Part shown: positions 12,512-24,960 of the stretch, one piece after another
Layout: every line of letters starts with the position of its first letter
Numbering within the stretch: position 1 is the stretch's first letter
Origin: Selaginella moellendorffii
Taxonomy: Eukaryota > Plantae > Lycopodiophyta
Direction of reading: 5' to 3'
Assembly: GCF_000143415.4 (NCBI RefSeq)
Contig: NW_003314370.1
Location: 501,629 to 565,628, forward strand
DNA length: 64,000 bases
The notes under the pieces: model-generated
Told to the model about the DNA's origin: nothing
Seen by the model: only the letters and a program-made list of their open reading frames with translations
The model's database searches: none
Position numbers and translations under genes: made by a program

Positions 12512-13929
12512 ATGGCGTCGGCTCCAGCAGGTCGGGGTTTCGCGCATAGATTAGGTCAATTTCTCACTCGGCATTGCTTTGCGATTCGCAGAAAAGGCCG
12601 CGGATGACAAGAAATCCGAGTCCTCCTCATCGCAGGCGGATTTTAACGCTTTCGACATGTCGGCGATGACGAGCTTGTTGAATGTAAGCTTTAGTTCTTT
12701 CTAGATACTGTTTTGCTAGAAAGTTTCTTGAACTGCACTCTTTTTCTTTTTTTTGCCAGGATCCAAGCATCAAAGACATGGCGGAGCAAATTGCCAAGGA
12801 TCCGGCATTCAATCGCATGGCACAGCAACTATCCGAGAGCGTCCAGACCGCCGGAGACGGTGTTCCACAGCTCGACACGAATCAATACTTCCAGGCAATG
12901 CAGCAAGTTATGCAAAACCCACAGTTCATGAGCATGGCGGAGCGCCTTGGCAATGCTCTCATGCAGGTAGTGTTTGGAAGCTCTATTGTCTCAAGCTTTT
13001 GTTTCTCTGTTTTCCAGGATCCATCCATGGCAGCAATGCTCCAGAACATGACTAATCCAGCTCATAAGGAGCAACTCGAGGCACGCATGTCGCAAATCAG
13101 AGAGGATCCCGCTTTGAAGCCAGTTCTCGACGAGATCGAGCAAGGAGGCCCAGCAGCTATGATGAAGTACGATCCTCTTTATCTGATTCTCTCTCACTCG
13201 TGCAAGTGACTGACTTTTGTGATGTGAACTTTTGCCAGGTACTGGAATGATCCCGATGTTCTTAACAAGCTAGGACGGGCAATGGGAGTAGGGGGTCCGC
13301 AGCACTTTGGCTTGCCAAGGGAGGAAGTCGAAGAAGCGGAGGCCGAGGGCGAGGGCGAGGAAGAGGAGGAACTGACGCTTCATCACACCGCTAGCACTGG
13401 CGACATTGAGGTACCTGAGTTTTCTCTATGTAATTTTGTTTTTCTCATGCTCTTCATGCCAGGGGTTGAAAGTTCTTCTAGCGGACGGTGCAAACAAGGA
13501 TGAGAAAGACTCGGAAGGGAGAACAGCACTTCATTTTGCTTGTGGATACGGAGAGGTAAGCAAATAGATTGAGTTGATTTCCTCCTCCACGACTCATCTG
13601 TCATCTCTTTCCAGTTGAAATGCGCGGAAGCTCTTCTCGAGGCTGGGGCGTTCGTGGACTCGGTGGACAAGAACAACAACACTCCATTGCATTACGCTGG
13701 TGGCTACGGCCGGAAGGAATGCGTGGAGCTGCTATTGAAGAACGGAGCGGCCGTGTACGTGTCTCGAAAGCCTCTTCGTTCTTTCGCGCTTGGATTGGAC
13801 TAACTTTTCCTTGTTCCTTGTTCCAACAGGACTGTAAGAAACATGGACAGCAAAACTCCAATGGACGTTGCCAAGCTCAACAATCAGGACGAGATCGTCC
13901 AGCTCTTGCAAAACGACGTTTTCCTCTGA
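12512..13929 (+). CDS. AKR2: Ankyrin repeat protein AKR2-like
   Basis: [58 protein letters not shown], ankyrins [16 protein letters not shown] and [21 protein letters not shown]-terminus NDVFL*. Confidence 0.93.
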
Positions 13930-14159
13930 GAGAAATCGGAATCACAAGGCGAGAAGAACGAATTCGTTGGGGATTGTGTGAAAACTATACTTGAAGGCGT
14001 AGAAGTTCCTGGTGTTGGATTTTTCCTCTTATCATTATAGCTACAAAGAAAACCTTTTAAACTCCACAGCATCGCTACAAACATAGCTTTTCCTTTTGGT
14101 ATAAAACTTCCTCCCAGTGAGGAAAAGAATCAAAGAAGTTCTTCCAGAGTGCTTCTTCG

Positions 14160-14534
14160 CTATGACGATCGAACTCTCTTGTGACCCACCGCTCCAGCGG
14201 CAGCGGCGGGAGAATCCATGGCTTTCGCGGTCGCTGGCGGTGGGATGGAATCGCCCTCTTGCGAATTCTCGAAAGACTTGACGAACGAGGAGGAGATGGT
14301 GGAGTACAGGCTCACGACCTGGCCGATGTTCTTGTTGAGCTCCTTGATGAGCACCACGTTCCTGGACAGGCTCTCGGGGACCTTGGATTCCTGGTTCTGG
14401 TTGATCTCGTTGATGAGGAGCCGGTTGTGATCGAGCAGGAATTGGACCTGGCTAAATCCCCGCTCGAACGCCGCCCACATCTTCCTGTCCACTGGCGGCG
14501 CCTTTGCTGGCGCCGACGATGCGTCGGCTTCCAT
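14160..14534 (-). CDS. ELF4L: ELF4-like (DUF1313) protein
   Basis: FSQVQFLLDHNRLLINEINQNQESKVPESLSRNVVLIKELNKNIGQVVSLY, C-terminal GHKRVR. Confidence 0.93.
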   Translation of the reverse strand: MEADASSAPAKAPPVDRKMWAAFERGFSQVQFLLDHNRLLINEINQNQESKVPESLSRNVVLIKELNKNIGQVVSLYSTISSSFVKSFENSQEGDSIPPPATAKAMDSPAAAAGAVGHKRVRSS

Positions 14535-14762
14535 GGAAAATCTTTGCGCTCGCGAGAGATTTTGGGAGAGGCGCGATCATTCCTGGAAAGAATCCCACTC
14601 ACGAATTGTGAGATCGATGGAGGAGCTGGGAGGGGAGAGATTTGCTACTTACCACCACTGGCGCGCATGGATTCATCGTCTCCGCTCGAAATATTTCACT
14701 TTGCCCTAGCTAGGTAGAGAGCGAAGAACTGAGTTAGGGTTTCTTCTACCTAGAGCGATCCA

Positions 14763-15864
14763 ATGCGGCGAGCGGCGGGGGCGCTGCGCGGGGCGTGGGC
14801 GATTCTCGCGCGACAGGAGGAGCGAGCAGCGCCTCTAGCGACTCGATTCTTGTCGCAGGTCGCGAGTGTCAACAGATCGCCTCTTGTTCGTCCGGCACTC
14901 CTTTTCTCTCGCCGGGTAAGCTACCTTTTCTTTCTTGCCGCTCGAGCTAATGTAGATTGCGATTGCTAGGATGCGAGGGATTTCGCTGATAAAGCCAAGG
15001 AGGATTTGCCTCCTCTACCTCCTCCTGTGAAGGTAAGGAAGATTTTTTCTTTCTCTCTTTTGGGCTTGCATGAAGGGCTGGTGTTTTTCTCTTTTTCTTT
15101 CTTGTAGATGCCGAAACTCTTGAGTGGTGTTCATGGCAACTACGCTGCTTCCTTGTATGTGACCGCTGTGAGGGCCGAGGCTACCGACCAAGTGGACTCT
15201 GAAATGCGGGCGATCGCAGCCGCGGTCGCGCAGTCCCCCGAGTTTCAAGCTTTCGCGGAGGATATCTTCATGAAGAGGGAAGACCGCATTGAGACCGTGA
15301 AGAAAGTCTTTGGTGACTCCAATCTACATACGATTACCATGAACTTTCTAAGTAAGTTTGCCTTTTTTTCTCTCGTCTTTTCTGATTGTGGTTGTTTGAG
15401 CAGCAATCTTAGCTGAGGATGGCCAGTTCAAACTCTTTCCAAGGATCGCGAAATCGTTTGCCGAGGTGATGGACGCTCACAGGGGGCGTATACGCACGCT
15501 TATCACCACAGCAGATGTACGTACTAGTGAAGCCTGGTTGCTGGCATTAACATTTACGTGGTTTTTCGTTTCTCTCCTCTTTCAGGAGCCCTCATCCTCC
15601 GATTTGGATTATATAAAGAAGAATGTGGTGGACACGATGCTAGAGCCTGGACAAACTGCGATCATTGAGACAAAGGTATGCGCGATTCCCTCTTGCTAAT
15701 GCGCTCTTACCGGTTAGCTACTTTTTTGGGCTTAGATCAACGAGGACATCATAGGGGGCTGTATCGTGGAGGTCGGGGACAAGCTCGTGGACATGTCCAT
15801 CGGCAAGAGAATAGTGCAGATCGAAAAGGTTTTGCTCGAGTCCCTCTCGCAAATGGATGCGTGA
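14763..15864 (+). CDS. Mitochondrial ATP synthase OSCP (delta) subunit
   Basis: Presequence-like start, GVHGNYAASLY, TMNFL..LAEDG, INEDIIGGCIVEVGDKLVDMSI. Confidence 0.88.
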
Positions 15865-16256
15865 GGTGGGATCAAGAACTCGAAGAGACTCTTGGAATAA
15901 TTTAGCAAAAAGCGAAAGGTGTGTGACAATAAGCTGATATTGATGACAACCACGGTGGTGTTGCAGACCAAGCGTAAATCTCATGTACAAGTATCAGAAA
16001 AGAGGACCGATTGCTACTTTCGCTTCGTGATTCACGAGTTTGTTTGTGAGTGCAGGACAATAGTCGTTCTCGAACATGTGCCAGTTTTTGCTCTGCAATG
16101 GGACCAAGTAGGTTCTTAAATTCTACTTCCTTTTTTTGTTCTACCCCGTTTGAATGCAGGCAAAAGACAAATTTCTTTCCTCTCTGGAAAGTATGCTCGC
16201 AAGCAGGTACGGGGATTCGTGCGGTTTTATAAGCCTGTAGCGCGAAAAAGATCTCT

Positions 16257-16759
16257 TTATTCGCGATTCTTCCTAAGCTTCTCCGAAGAGGTATCCGAAC
16301 TAAAGCAGCCTTGATCCTTACAGAAGTTTGGTACGGATAAACTCGAGCTCCACGATGTTGGGCTGCTGCTCCGGCTGGAAGAAGAATCGGCGGGTCTGCT
16401 GCTGCTGCGCTTGGCCTCTCTCGCTCGAAAGTAGTGCGCGAAGAACTCGGTGTTGGCCTTGACGAGCTCATTCCAAACTAGCGATCCAAGCAAGAACAAG
16501 AAAAGAAGAGAAGAGGATTATCATCAAACTATTCATGGATTTTCGAGGTACCTATTTCAGCAATAGCTGGGTCTACATTCGCTTGTGCCAGAGCTTCGAT
16601 GGTTTCTTCTTGATCCATATGTAGCAGCAGGCATCTCTCGATCAAGTAATGCACCTACAAATCCTAGTAAAAGGCTGCTCCAAAATTTTTAAGTCAAATT
16701 GCTACCTTGAAAATGTAGGAACTCGAGATTGTCTCTTCCGGCGGCCTGCGCGCGCTCAT
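16257..16759 (-). CDS. Plant TIGR01589 (A_thal_3526)-type small protein, 3 exons
   Basis: SYIFK-VHYLIERCLLLHMDQEETIEALAQANVDPAIAEI-VWNELVKANTEFFAHY. Confidence 0.85.
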
Positions 16760-17456
16760 AGCGAGGATCAAACTGGAAATCACGAGAGATTTCCTTCTTC
16801 CTTCTTTAAAACACTGCCGCTCTTTGCTGTTCGTGGAAATCGTGGAAAGCAAAGCTGTGCCGTTGATCGGCACCCATCAACCGTCAACATGTCATTCACA
16901 TCTCAACCGTCGGGAGCCCGCATCCAACGCTTGAAGTCGCGGCACGCGGCGAAAGCGATATGCAATGCGGCGTGGTTTTTAAGCAACTCCCGTCCACCGT
17001 CGAACCGAGACTGCTGTCGCGCCATCCAACGGCCAGGCTTGCTAACGGATAATTTGCCATGTGACCGTCATGTGAAGTGTGCTATTTTAATGCTTCCTCG
17101 TGGGTCCACGGTCACGTGGCAGTGCTGTTGACCCAATAATATACAATGCGAACGCACGATTGTCCATTGACCATTAGAGTCAATGTTTTTCGTGGACTTA
17201 AGTCAACTAAGTCAACGTTTTGATTGAATCGTTCGAGTAAGAAGAATCGTGGTGTTCATGTACAATTGCTATGGCTATGATATTGTCATCGTTGTCGTTC
17301 GAAGGAATCGAGGAATCAAGGAGAGAGTAGTGATCTTGGCGGTGACTGCCTCTTCTAGTCTGCCTGCTGGTTAGCTTCCCAAAAGGAGAACAGAGAAAAA
17401 GAAAGAGAGAGAGAAAAAAATTCGAGGAGAAGAGTCAGTGAGTGAGTTCTTGGGAC

Positions 17457-19257
17457 TCAATCCTGACGAGGAGCTTGTTGTTGTTGCTCCTCTTGCTTCT
17501 CGACCGTCTCCATTTCTCGCAGCTGGCGTTGCATGAGATAGCCCTGCGCCGTGGAATTCACGATGGAAGCCAGGAATCCCATGAGTATGACCATCACGAA
17601 GGTGTTCCAGGCGAACGCGACCATGTTTGGCTGCCCGGACTGAAAGCAACATCCATCAGTACCGAGGAACAAGACTAGATTTTGCTTCTTCAATCTTGTC
17701 AGTACCAAGGATCTTGGGGAGACTACTTACTTTCGCTTGCTGGCCGTGACGAAAGCTCTCCTGGGCACTTTGTAGAGTGGTCCTGATTCTCGGCAAGATG
17801 AAGGAGAACGTAGGCACCTTAGATAAACTCCAGGTTAGCGAGTCCAATATGAGCTCTACCAAGTGCGCGTTGCAAGCCAAGATGATGAAAATCGTCTGCC
17901 AAACAGTGCACAAATGAGATTTTCTGTTACTGTCAAGATACAGTACCTGTATGTGCGTCTTGATGACTGCCTTCCCCAATAAGGTGGCCAGGAAAAACTT
18001 CCAGAAAGGAACAAGAAAATGCCCACACATCATTCCCGCTAAATCGAACAACGGATTCGGCACCTGCGGAACGGAGCGTGAGTCGTGCCAAAAAGCAACA
18101 CTAAAAAGAAATAATATAGACATACCGAAGCACAAATCAAGATCGTGAAAAATCCAAACCGCTGGATTTTCGTCACCATCCACTGCCTTACTCGCGTCAG
18201 CAAGGAATCCTTTGTGGCGGACTCATTCTCAATGTCGTCAAGAGCCTTTAGACGCTCGCCAGACAACCGAGCTGCGGACCTTCTAAGTCAGTGACACGAA
18301 ACTTAAAAGCAAATGAAGTGAGGATACCTGCTCTAGAAACAAAGTAAGGCGGAAGCTCTCCAAGCGCCGTCCCAATCCCCCACAAGACTGCCTCGGGCTG
18401 GACTTGTACCAAGACGTTGTAGAGCGGGACCATGTAACTCTCGTGCTCGGATGCAAGCCGGGGAAACTGGGGAGCTCCAATGCTCGTACAGTCCTTGTCC
18501 GCCCATGAGGCACTCGTTCCAAAATATGGTGTGTCATATGGAGCGGACTTTAAGTCGTCGCGTCCACAGAGGGTGGCTTTGAGCGTAAACATGGCAATGT
18601 GAGGACCAAGGTAGAGCACGAACGTGTGTAGTCCCGAGCCTGGAGAATCGCGTAAGACTTTAAGAGAGAAACCTTTTAAAAAAATCCAGGAACTTTACCG
18701 AGTCCGATCGAAGAAGCCACTCCAAGGCCGATCCACCACACAGCGAAACGAAAATATAGCCAGGCTTCCTCCATTGCCTGCGAGAGAAGAATCGAGCTTT
18801 CATGAAGAGCAGGCTTGAATGGAAGGAGAGAAATAAATACCTTCTCATACCCTCCGACCACCAGCAGTGTGCATCCCGACGCGAAGCAGAGAAAAAGGAA
18901 CAAGAGAAACGTGAATCTGTGCCTCGCAGCGTAGATCCAAATCCGTCCCAGATGTTGGAGCATGGCCAGCAGGAAGAATTTCGTGGTCGTGAGCGGCTGC
19001 TTCGTGAGAACGAGCTGCTCGCGTTGTCTGGTATGCATCCTCTTCAACCGTTCTGGAAGGAACGAAGTGAAAAAAAAAACAAAAGAAAGAAGAAATCGCG
19101 AGATCGGTGTCTAAGAGCTCGAAATTTCGAGCGAGCGCGAGATCGATGAGAGCGCTGGAAAGAGCGAACGACACTTACTCATTGGATCGATCCCGATGGT
19201 GCTGGTGAAGCTGGAGCTGGCGGTGGGCGCTACCGGCGAGGAGAATTCGTCCGCCAT
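17457..19257 (-). CDS. KMS1: Vacuole membrane protein VMP1/KMS1-like
   Basis: [79 protein letters not shown]. Confidence 0.93.
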
Positions 19258-19569
19258 TGGGGAGGCGCGACCAATGCGCGTGACAAACCCTAGCGCCTTG
19301 AGCAGATTAGGGCTCTTGGACGTCGGAGGGCCCGAAGTATTTCGGGGCCGGCTAAGCGCGCTTTCCAAGGTAATCGCCACTACGAATCTTAGCTAGATCC
19401 CCTTTTGCCGCATTCTCAGCATTCCTCCATGCTTGAGCTCTATCGAATCGTGCTGTTCTTCTAGCTGTTCTAGGTGAAGAGAGCTTTGCTCTCTATGTAA
19501 CAAAATTGCTACTACCGCTACAAGGCTACCAGGTAAAAAAGCCTCTAGCTGCTATATTGGAGAAGAAAA

Positions 19570-20400
19570 TCACTCGACTAGACTAAACATACTGACGAAC
19601 TTAGCAGGACCGAGCGAATCCAGCATATCAGCCAGTTTGCTGGCAGTCCACCGCAATGGGAGAAGCTGCCGCTCTTGTGCCTTCATCCAGATGCGTCCAT
19701 GAAAGAGGAAGAGTCCGCTCTCTAAAGGTACCACGACCTTGCTGCTGCTGCTGATTTTGCTGGCTTGGGTGATGTTGGTGTTGAGCTGCAGGGCTTCCAG
19801 TCGTGGCTGCGCTGCTGCCACTGCTGCTGCCGCGGCATTCGAGTTTGAGAAATCCGTGTCCGGCAACTTTGCAGTGATCCAGACGACTTCCATGTCTTCC
19901 AAGTCACTGAAGGCCTGCAAGCTCTGCCTGGTAGGTTTCCACTCCTTGGACTGCTCCCGGAAGGTGTTGTCCTCCTCCTTGTCCCTTCTTGGAGGGGGGA
20001 TTTCCTTACAGTGCGTAGCATTCTCTTTCTCTCTGTTTCGTTAGTTTGGTTTCAGCTCTACAGGCTTGCGAGATGGCTGGAAGATTAAGTTACAAGTGTG
20101 GCTTTTCTTCTTACCTGGAATGCAGAGAACTCGTCGAGGGGCTCCTTGTTCATGTCGTGCAAGTCGAGGCCGGAGCAGTCGCCTTTGCCGCACAGCGTCT
20201 TGGGCCGCTGCAGTGCCCTCTTCTGCCTGTTACTCCACAAGTCTTTGACATCGTTGTCAGTGCGCCCAGGCATCGATCTTGGCCCACTTTGCCGAGCTTG
20301 GCTTGCATTTCCACGACGAGCTTTTCCAGGAAAAAACGCTGGAACTCTTACACTACAGTGACTCAGCTCAAGGTGCTTGCACAGGATGTTGCAAGCTTCA
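19570..20400 (-). pseudogene. R2R3-MYB remnant, DUO1-like, frameshifted
   Basis: EMQAKLG / WAKI / MPGRTDNDVKDLWSNRQKR lie in shifting frames. No intact R2 repeat seen. Boundaries approximate. Confidence 0.6.
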
Positions 20401-21732
20401 AGCCTCTCCACTTCACACTCTGAAACACAGAAAACTCCCAACTCAAACACAGATAGACATAGGTGTGTTACAAATTCTTAAACACTTGGTTATGTACTAC
20501 TTACATTGTCATCCTCCATAACCCATGATCTGATCCTCCATGTTATCATGTACCTCTAAACCATATACCACAAGTTTTGTTATTTCCAACTTTAGGCAGT
20601 GGGTAGCCATTAAGTACCAGAGTAGTTTAGAATAATGAGTTGAGAAGTGGTTAGTAATTACAAGCTAAAAAATTTACTTAGAGGACTAAGAGAAGTTAAT
20701 GGTGTTTTCCAGTGAGTTAACAAAGAATAAGGTGAAAGATTAATCTTGAGAAAAGAGTTAAAGTAAGTACAAAAACAGGAGCATTAGTAATATTTTCAAT
20801 TCCAGTTTACTTGGCTTATTTGCTTTTATGGATCTTTTTTCAAAATTTTTTTGTTAACTCAAGTTTGTTCTTTTTTTCAATAACTCTAAAAGTTTTTTCA
20901 CCAGCTCAAGTCACGAACTAAAGAAAAATCACATATATAAATGTACTTTCAAAGTTGCAGGCACAATATTATCATCCTCAGTATAAGCCTTTCTTAATTA
21001 ATCTAACAAATTTAAATAACAATATTGAAATAGTTATTGAGTTTTTTATTTTAAATAAAACATTTACCATAACCTTCTCAAATAAAAAATGATATTACTA
21101 TTATATATGATTACATCAATTTCAAATTTTTTTTGGAACCAATTTTAATAAACTATATAATTTTTGTAGCATTTAATTTAATTAATTAAAAATGTACTTT
21201 TCCATGATAAAACTTATGCTCTAAAAATGTATTAATCAGGATGTATATATCAGCATGCTCTAATGTATATAGTATAAAATTTCATTATTCTTGAAAAAAA
21301 TTAATAAAAATTTAATATAAGGTTTTAAATTAAAAAATAGCTTAAAAATAAAATTAATAATTTTTATTTAAAAATTAGTATAAGAAATGTAATGTATGTT
21401 TTAAAAATTAAAATATTTATAAAAACTTATCATATGTTATAGCATAAAGAATAGATTTTTTTTCTCATTCTGTTTATTAAATTTCTTAGAAAGCTATAAC
21501 ACCACAAATAATATATTAAAATTTTAAACTTTTAGCTAAAAAAAGTGAAATACCATTATGAAATAAGAAATAGAGTTTTTAAAAAAATCTAAACTGTTTT
21601 AATAAAAAACATTAAAGTTAATTTTTTTTGTTATGGAAAACTATAAAATCTTAAAAGTATAAATATAACTAAAAGTTAATAATTATTTTATGTAATTTAC
21701 ACACTTATAATTTATCAATACTCCACTAATAC

Positions 21733-22123
21733 TTATGCCATAGCTTTGGATTTCATTTTAGTCATAATTGTTAGTAACGTTGTTACTAATTTTGTAGGAG
21801 TTTTAAATTCTTGTGGTAGTTTATAATCAATCAATAGAAGTTTTGAATGTTTCATCTGATCACATTTTTCAATCTTTTGGAGGGGAGGACGCTTTAAGCT
21901 TAATATATATATAAACAGATACATATGCCGATATTGCTCCATCCTTCCCCTTATGCCATAGCTTTGGATTTCATTTTAGTGTATATATATATGTATGTAT
22001 ATATATATATATATGTATGTATATATGTATGTATATATATATGTATATATGTATATGTATATATATATATTTATGTATATATATATATATATATTTATGT
22101 ATATATATATATATATATTTATG

Positions 22124-22154
<31 letters not shown>

Positions 22155-22310
22155 GTATATATGTATATATATATATAAGTAATACACTACTTATAGTACT
22201 AAAGCATATGGACTATCCATTTGGGATTAAATTTGGTCCATCCATTCTTGAATATAAACAATGGTTTAAACCCCAATTAATATACTTATTCCTATATCCA
22301 AGTATATATA
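21733..22310 (+). mobile_element. 3' part of a small non-autonomous LTR element (TRIM-like) with (TA)n expansion
   Basis: Reverse-complement similarity to 38380-38730 and 53040-53435. PPT-like GGAGGGGAGGA near 21879. Confidence 0.6.
21980..22177. repeat. (TA)n/(TATG)n microsatellite
   Basis: Directly visible. Confidence 0.97.
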
Positions 22311-22571
22311 AAAAATCAGTATATATAAAAGAATGATTGGGGTTTAAATCTAAATTTTTTTAAAAACAATATATTAAATTTAATTTTTTTAGTGTTTTTT
22401 GTAAAATGTATAAAATTTATTATTTATATTAAAAAATTAAATATACTTAAAAGTTAATAACTATTCTATCTAATCTACACACTTTTAATCTATTATATAA
22501 TTAGTGAAAACAATAACCTGATTTATAATATATTTCTTTTTACATTGTAATTTAATTTTAATATCGAAGGA

Positions 22572-24861
22572 TGTGAAGGCCAAGTATACGGCTATGATGC
22601 CGTATACTAATATTATTGTAGTGGGATTTTGGTAGCCATCAGATTGGTTTTAATCCAGACCACTTGCTCGTGTATATAAACTTGGGTTTTTAGGCTAATT
22701 GATATGCACATTTTCTATATTCCCTTTCCATATTCCAAACACTCACATTAGTGGAGATGAAGAGCACTTTTGATTGTTCTTGAGGAGTGTTTGGATTTGG
22801 GATTTTGGTTTAGATTTAGCTTTTGCATCGTCTAGATCTAGCTTTTTCCATTTACTTTCTTTTGTTCTTTCCTTTCAGGATTTTGGTTTAGATTTAGCTT
22901 TTTGCATTGTCTAGATCTACTATTTTCTTCTAGTTTTTTGTCATTTCTCTTCTTTTGCTCTTTCTTTATTCGTCTTCATGGCAGATCAACAATCTCCTTC
23001 TTTGACTATGGAGCAGCAGTTGGTACAATTGCTTGATGCTATGCGCTTGCAATTAAACAACTAAACTCAGTTGATAGTGGGGGCTCATGGCACGTGGTAC
23101 AACTCTTCCCGCTTTTGGTCCCAATCCTTGCGTTTTGCTGGAGTTCTTTCGTGGGAATCCTGGGGATGATGTGTATCATTGGTTCAATCATTTCACACTG
23201 ATTGCCACATATCATTCTTGGGATGATGCTCGACATTTGGGTGAGTTTCTCACGTGTCTCCAAGGCACGGCGTTGCAATGGTACAATAGTTTGAGTGCAG
23301 CCACTCGTGAGGATTGGAGTGCCTCTCGGACGTCTTCAAACGCGCTTTCAGACATGTCGATAATTGTGATAATGCCTTCCAACAATTGCATCGTCTTCGC
23401 CAAGGGCCATCTAAGTCGATGATGCAATTTGGTGTTTGTTTCCGAAGTCTTTTGCTTCGTACGGAGCCAAATATGTAGGAGCGGATCAAGCTAGGAATGT
23501 TGTGGCTAGCACTTTGTCAAGATCTTGTTAAACTTATGCATGCACTTGCTCCTGCCACCCTTGACGATGCTTTTCGCTTGGCACAACGTTATGAGACATT
23601 GCCTCTTCCACTTCTCACTGCACGTCCTTCAACTTCACTTCCTATGGGCCCAATGGAGGTTGACGCTGCTGCTGCTCGAGTCCAAGAACAAGGGCGAAGA
23701 CGTGGTTGTGGCCATGATGTTCAATGCTGGGCATGTGATGAAGTTGGTCATACTTATCGGCGTTGTTGGTGTTTTCTAGATTGGATTTCCTAGGTGGAGA
23801 CCTTGGCGTCAACAACGTCTTGTTGATGCTGCTGCAGTGGAAGGTTTGGACACCAAGATGCATCCGGGAAATGAGGAGTCTTGCGAATAATGGAGGGACC
23901 TTGCACGAATAAGTCAGTGACTCCTCCATCTTTTTTTCGGGAGTATCATCAAGGGGTTCACTCGGCACTGGTTCATCCATTTGTGTTGGTTGATACAGGT
24001 TCAAGTTTATCTTTTATTGCTCAACCTGTTACCACATGTTGCCATCTACACTTGCGTCGTGCGGCCAAACCAATTTTCATTCTTTATGGCAACGGCTGTA
24101 CACATGCATGTGCATGGGATGAGGTAGACTTGGTTGTGCATGTGGGCGATCTCGAGTTTGGGTTGCAGTCATTGCAGGTGGTGTTGAATCAAGCTTTTGA
24201 CCTTATCCTTTGTATAGATTGGTTGCAGCACAATCATGCCAAATGTGACTTTGAGGCTTCTCCCCCTTGTCTCATACTTCCTTATGTTTCATCCATTCCT
24301 TTCACTTCCGTACCTCTTTGTCCCTCTACTTCCATTACTTTTGTTCCCCCATTATTTCCTCCTATGTTTCTGTTTTGTTTTGCTCTTCCTTTTTCTGATC
24401 CCTCTGACGATCTTTGTGTTGCAGTGGTTGACCGGCTCATGAAAGAGTATTCTAATCTATTTGAATGTTTGGGGCCAAGATTGCCACATGTCATCCGATT
24501 CCAACCGGGAATGCTCGTCCAATCAAGGTTTCTGTTCATCGTCGGTCACCCAAGGAGATCAAGATTTTACGTGCAAACGTCAAGGAGATGTTGGATAAGG
24601 GTGTTATTCAGAAGTCGCGGAGTTCTTAGGTATGTGAACTTTATCTTATGACAAAGTCTAATAGAAGTATTCATTTTTGCATCGACTATCATTTGTTAAA
24701 TGAAGTGACGATCCCAAATGTGTACCTTCTTCCTCACACTGCTGATCTCTTGATCGTCTAGGGTGAAGTCGTTGGTTCACTAAGCTAGATCTTTCTTTTG
24801 GGTACTGGTAAGTACCAATGGCCAAAGAAGATATTTCTAAGATTGTTTTTCATACACCATT
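22572..24861 (+). mobile_element. Degenerate Ty3/gypsy LTR retrotransposon, 5' half (LTR, PBS, gag, protease, start of RT)
   Basis: TG..CA LTR 22572-22747, PBS-like TAGTGGAGATG, gag (LQGTALQWY, PMEVD), zinc knuckle CWACDEVGHTYRRC, protease LVDTGSSLSFI, RT remnants (FCIDY, KLDL..GYW). Ends at an N gap. Confidence 0.9.
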
Positions 24862-24960
24862 NNNNNNNNNNNNNNNNNNNNNNNNNNNNNNNNNNNNNNN
24901 NNNNNNNNNNNNNNNNNNNNNNNNNNNNNNNNNNNNNNNNNNNNNNNNNNNNNNNNNNNN
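24862..24960. other. Assembly gap
   Basis: N run. Confidence 1.

Noticed and set aside
21925-22336. YI/MY-repeat ORFs (also 53101-53298)
   Set aside because: Translations of (TA)n microsatellites.
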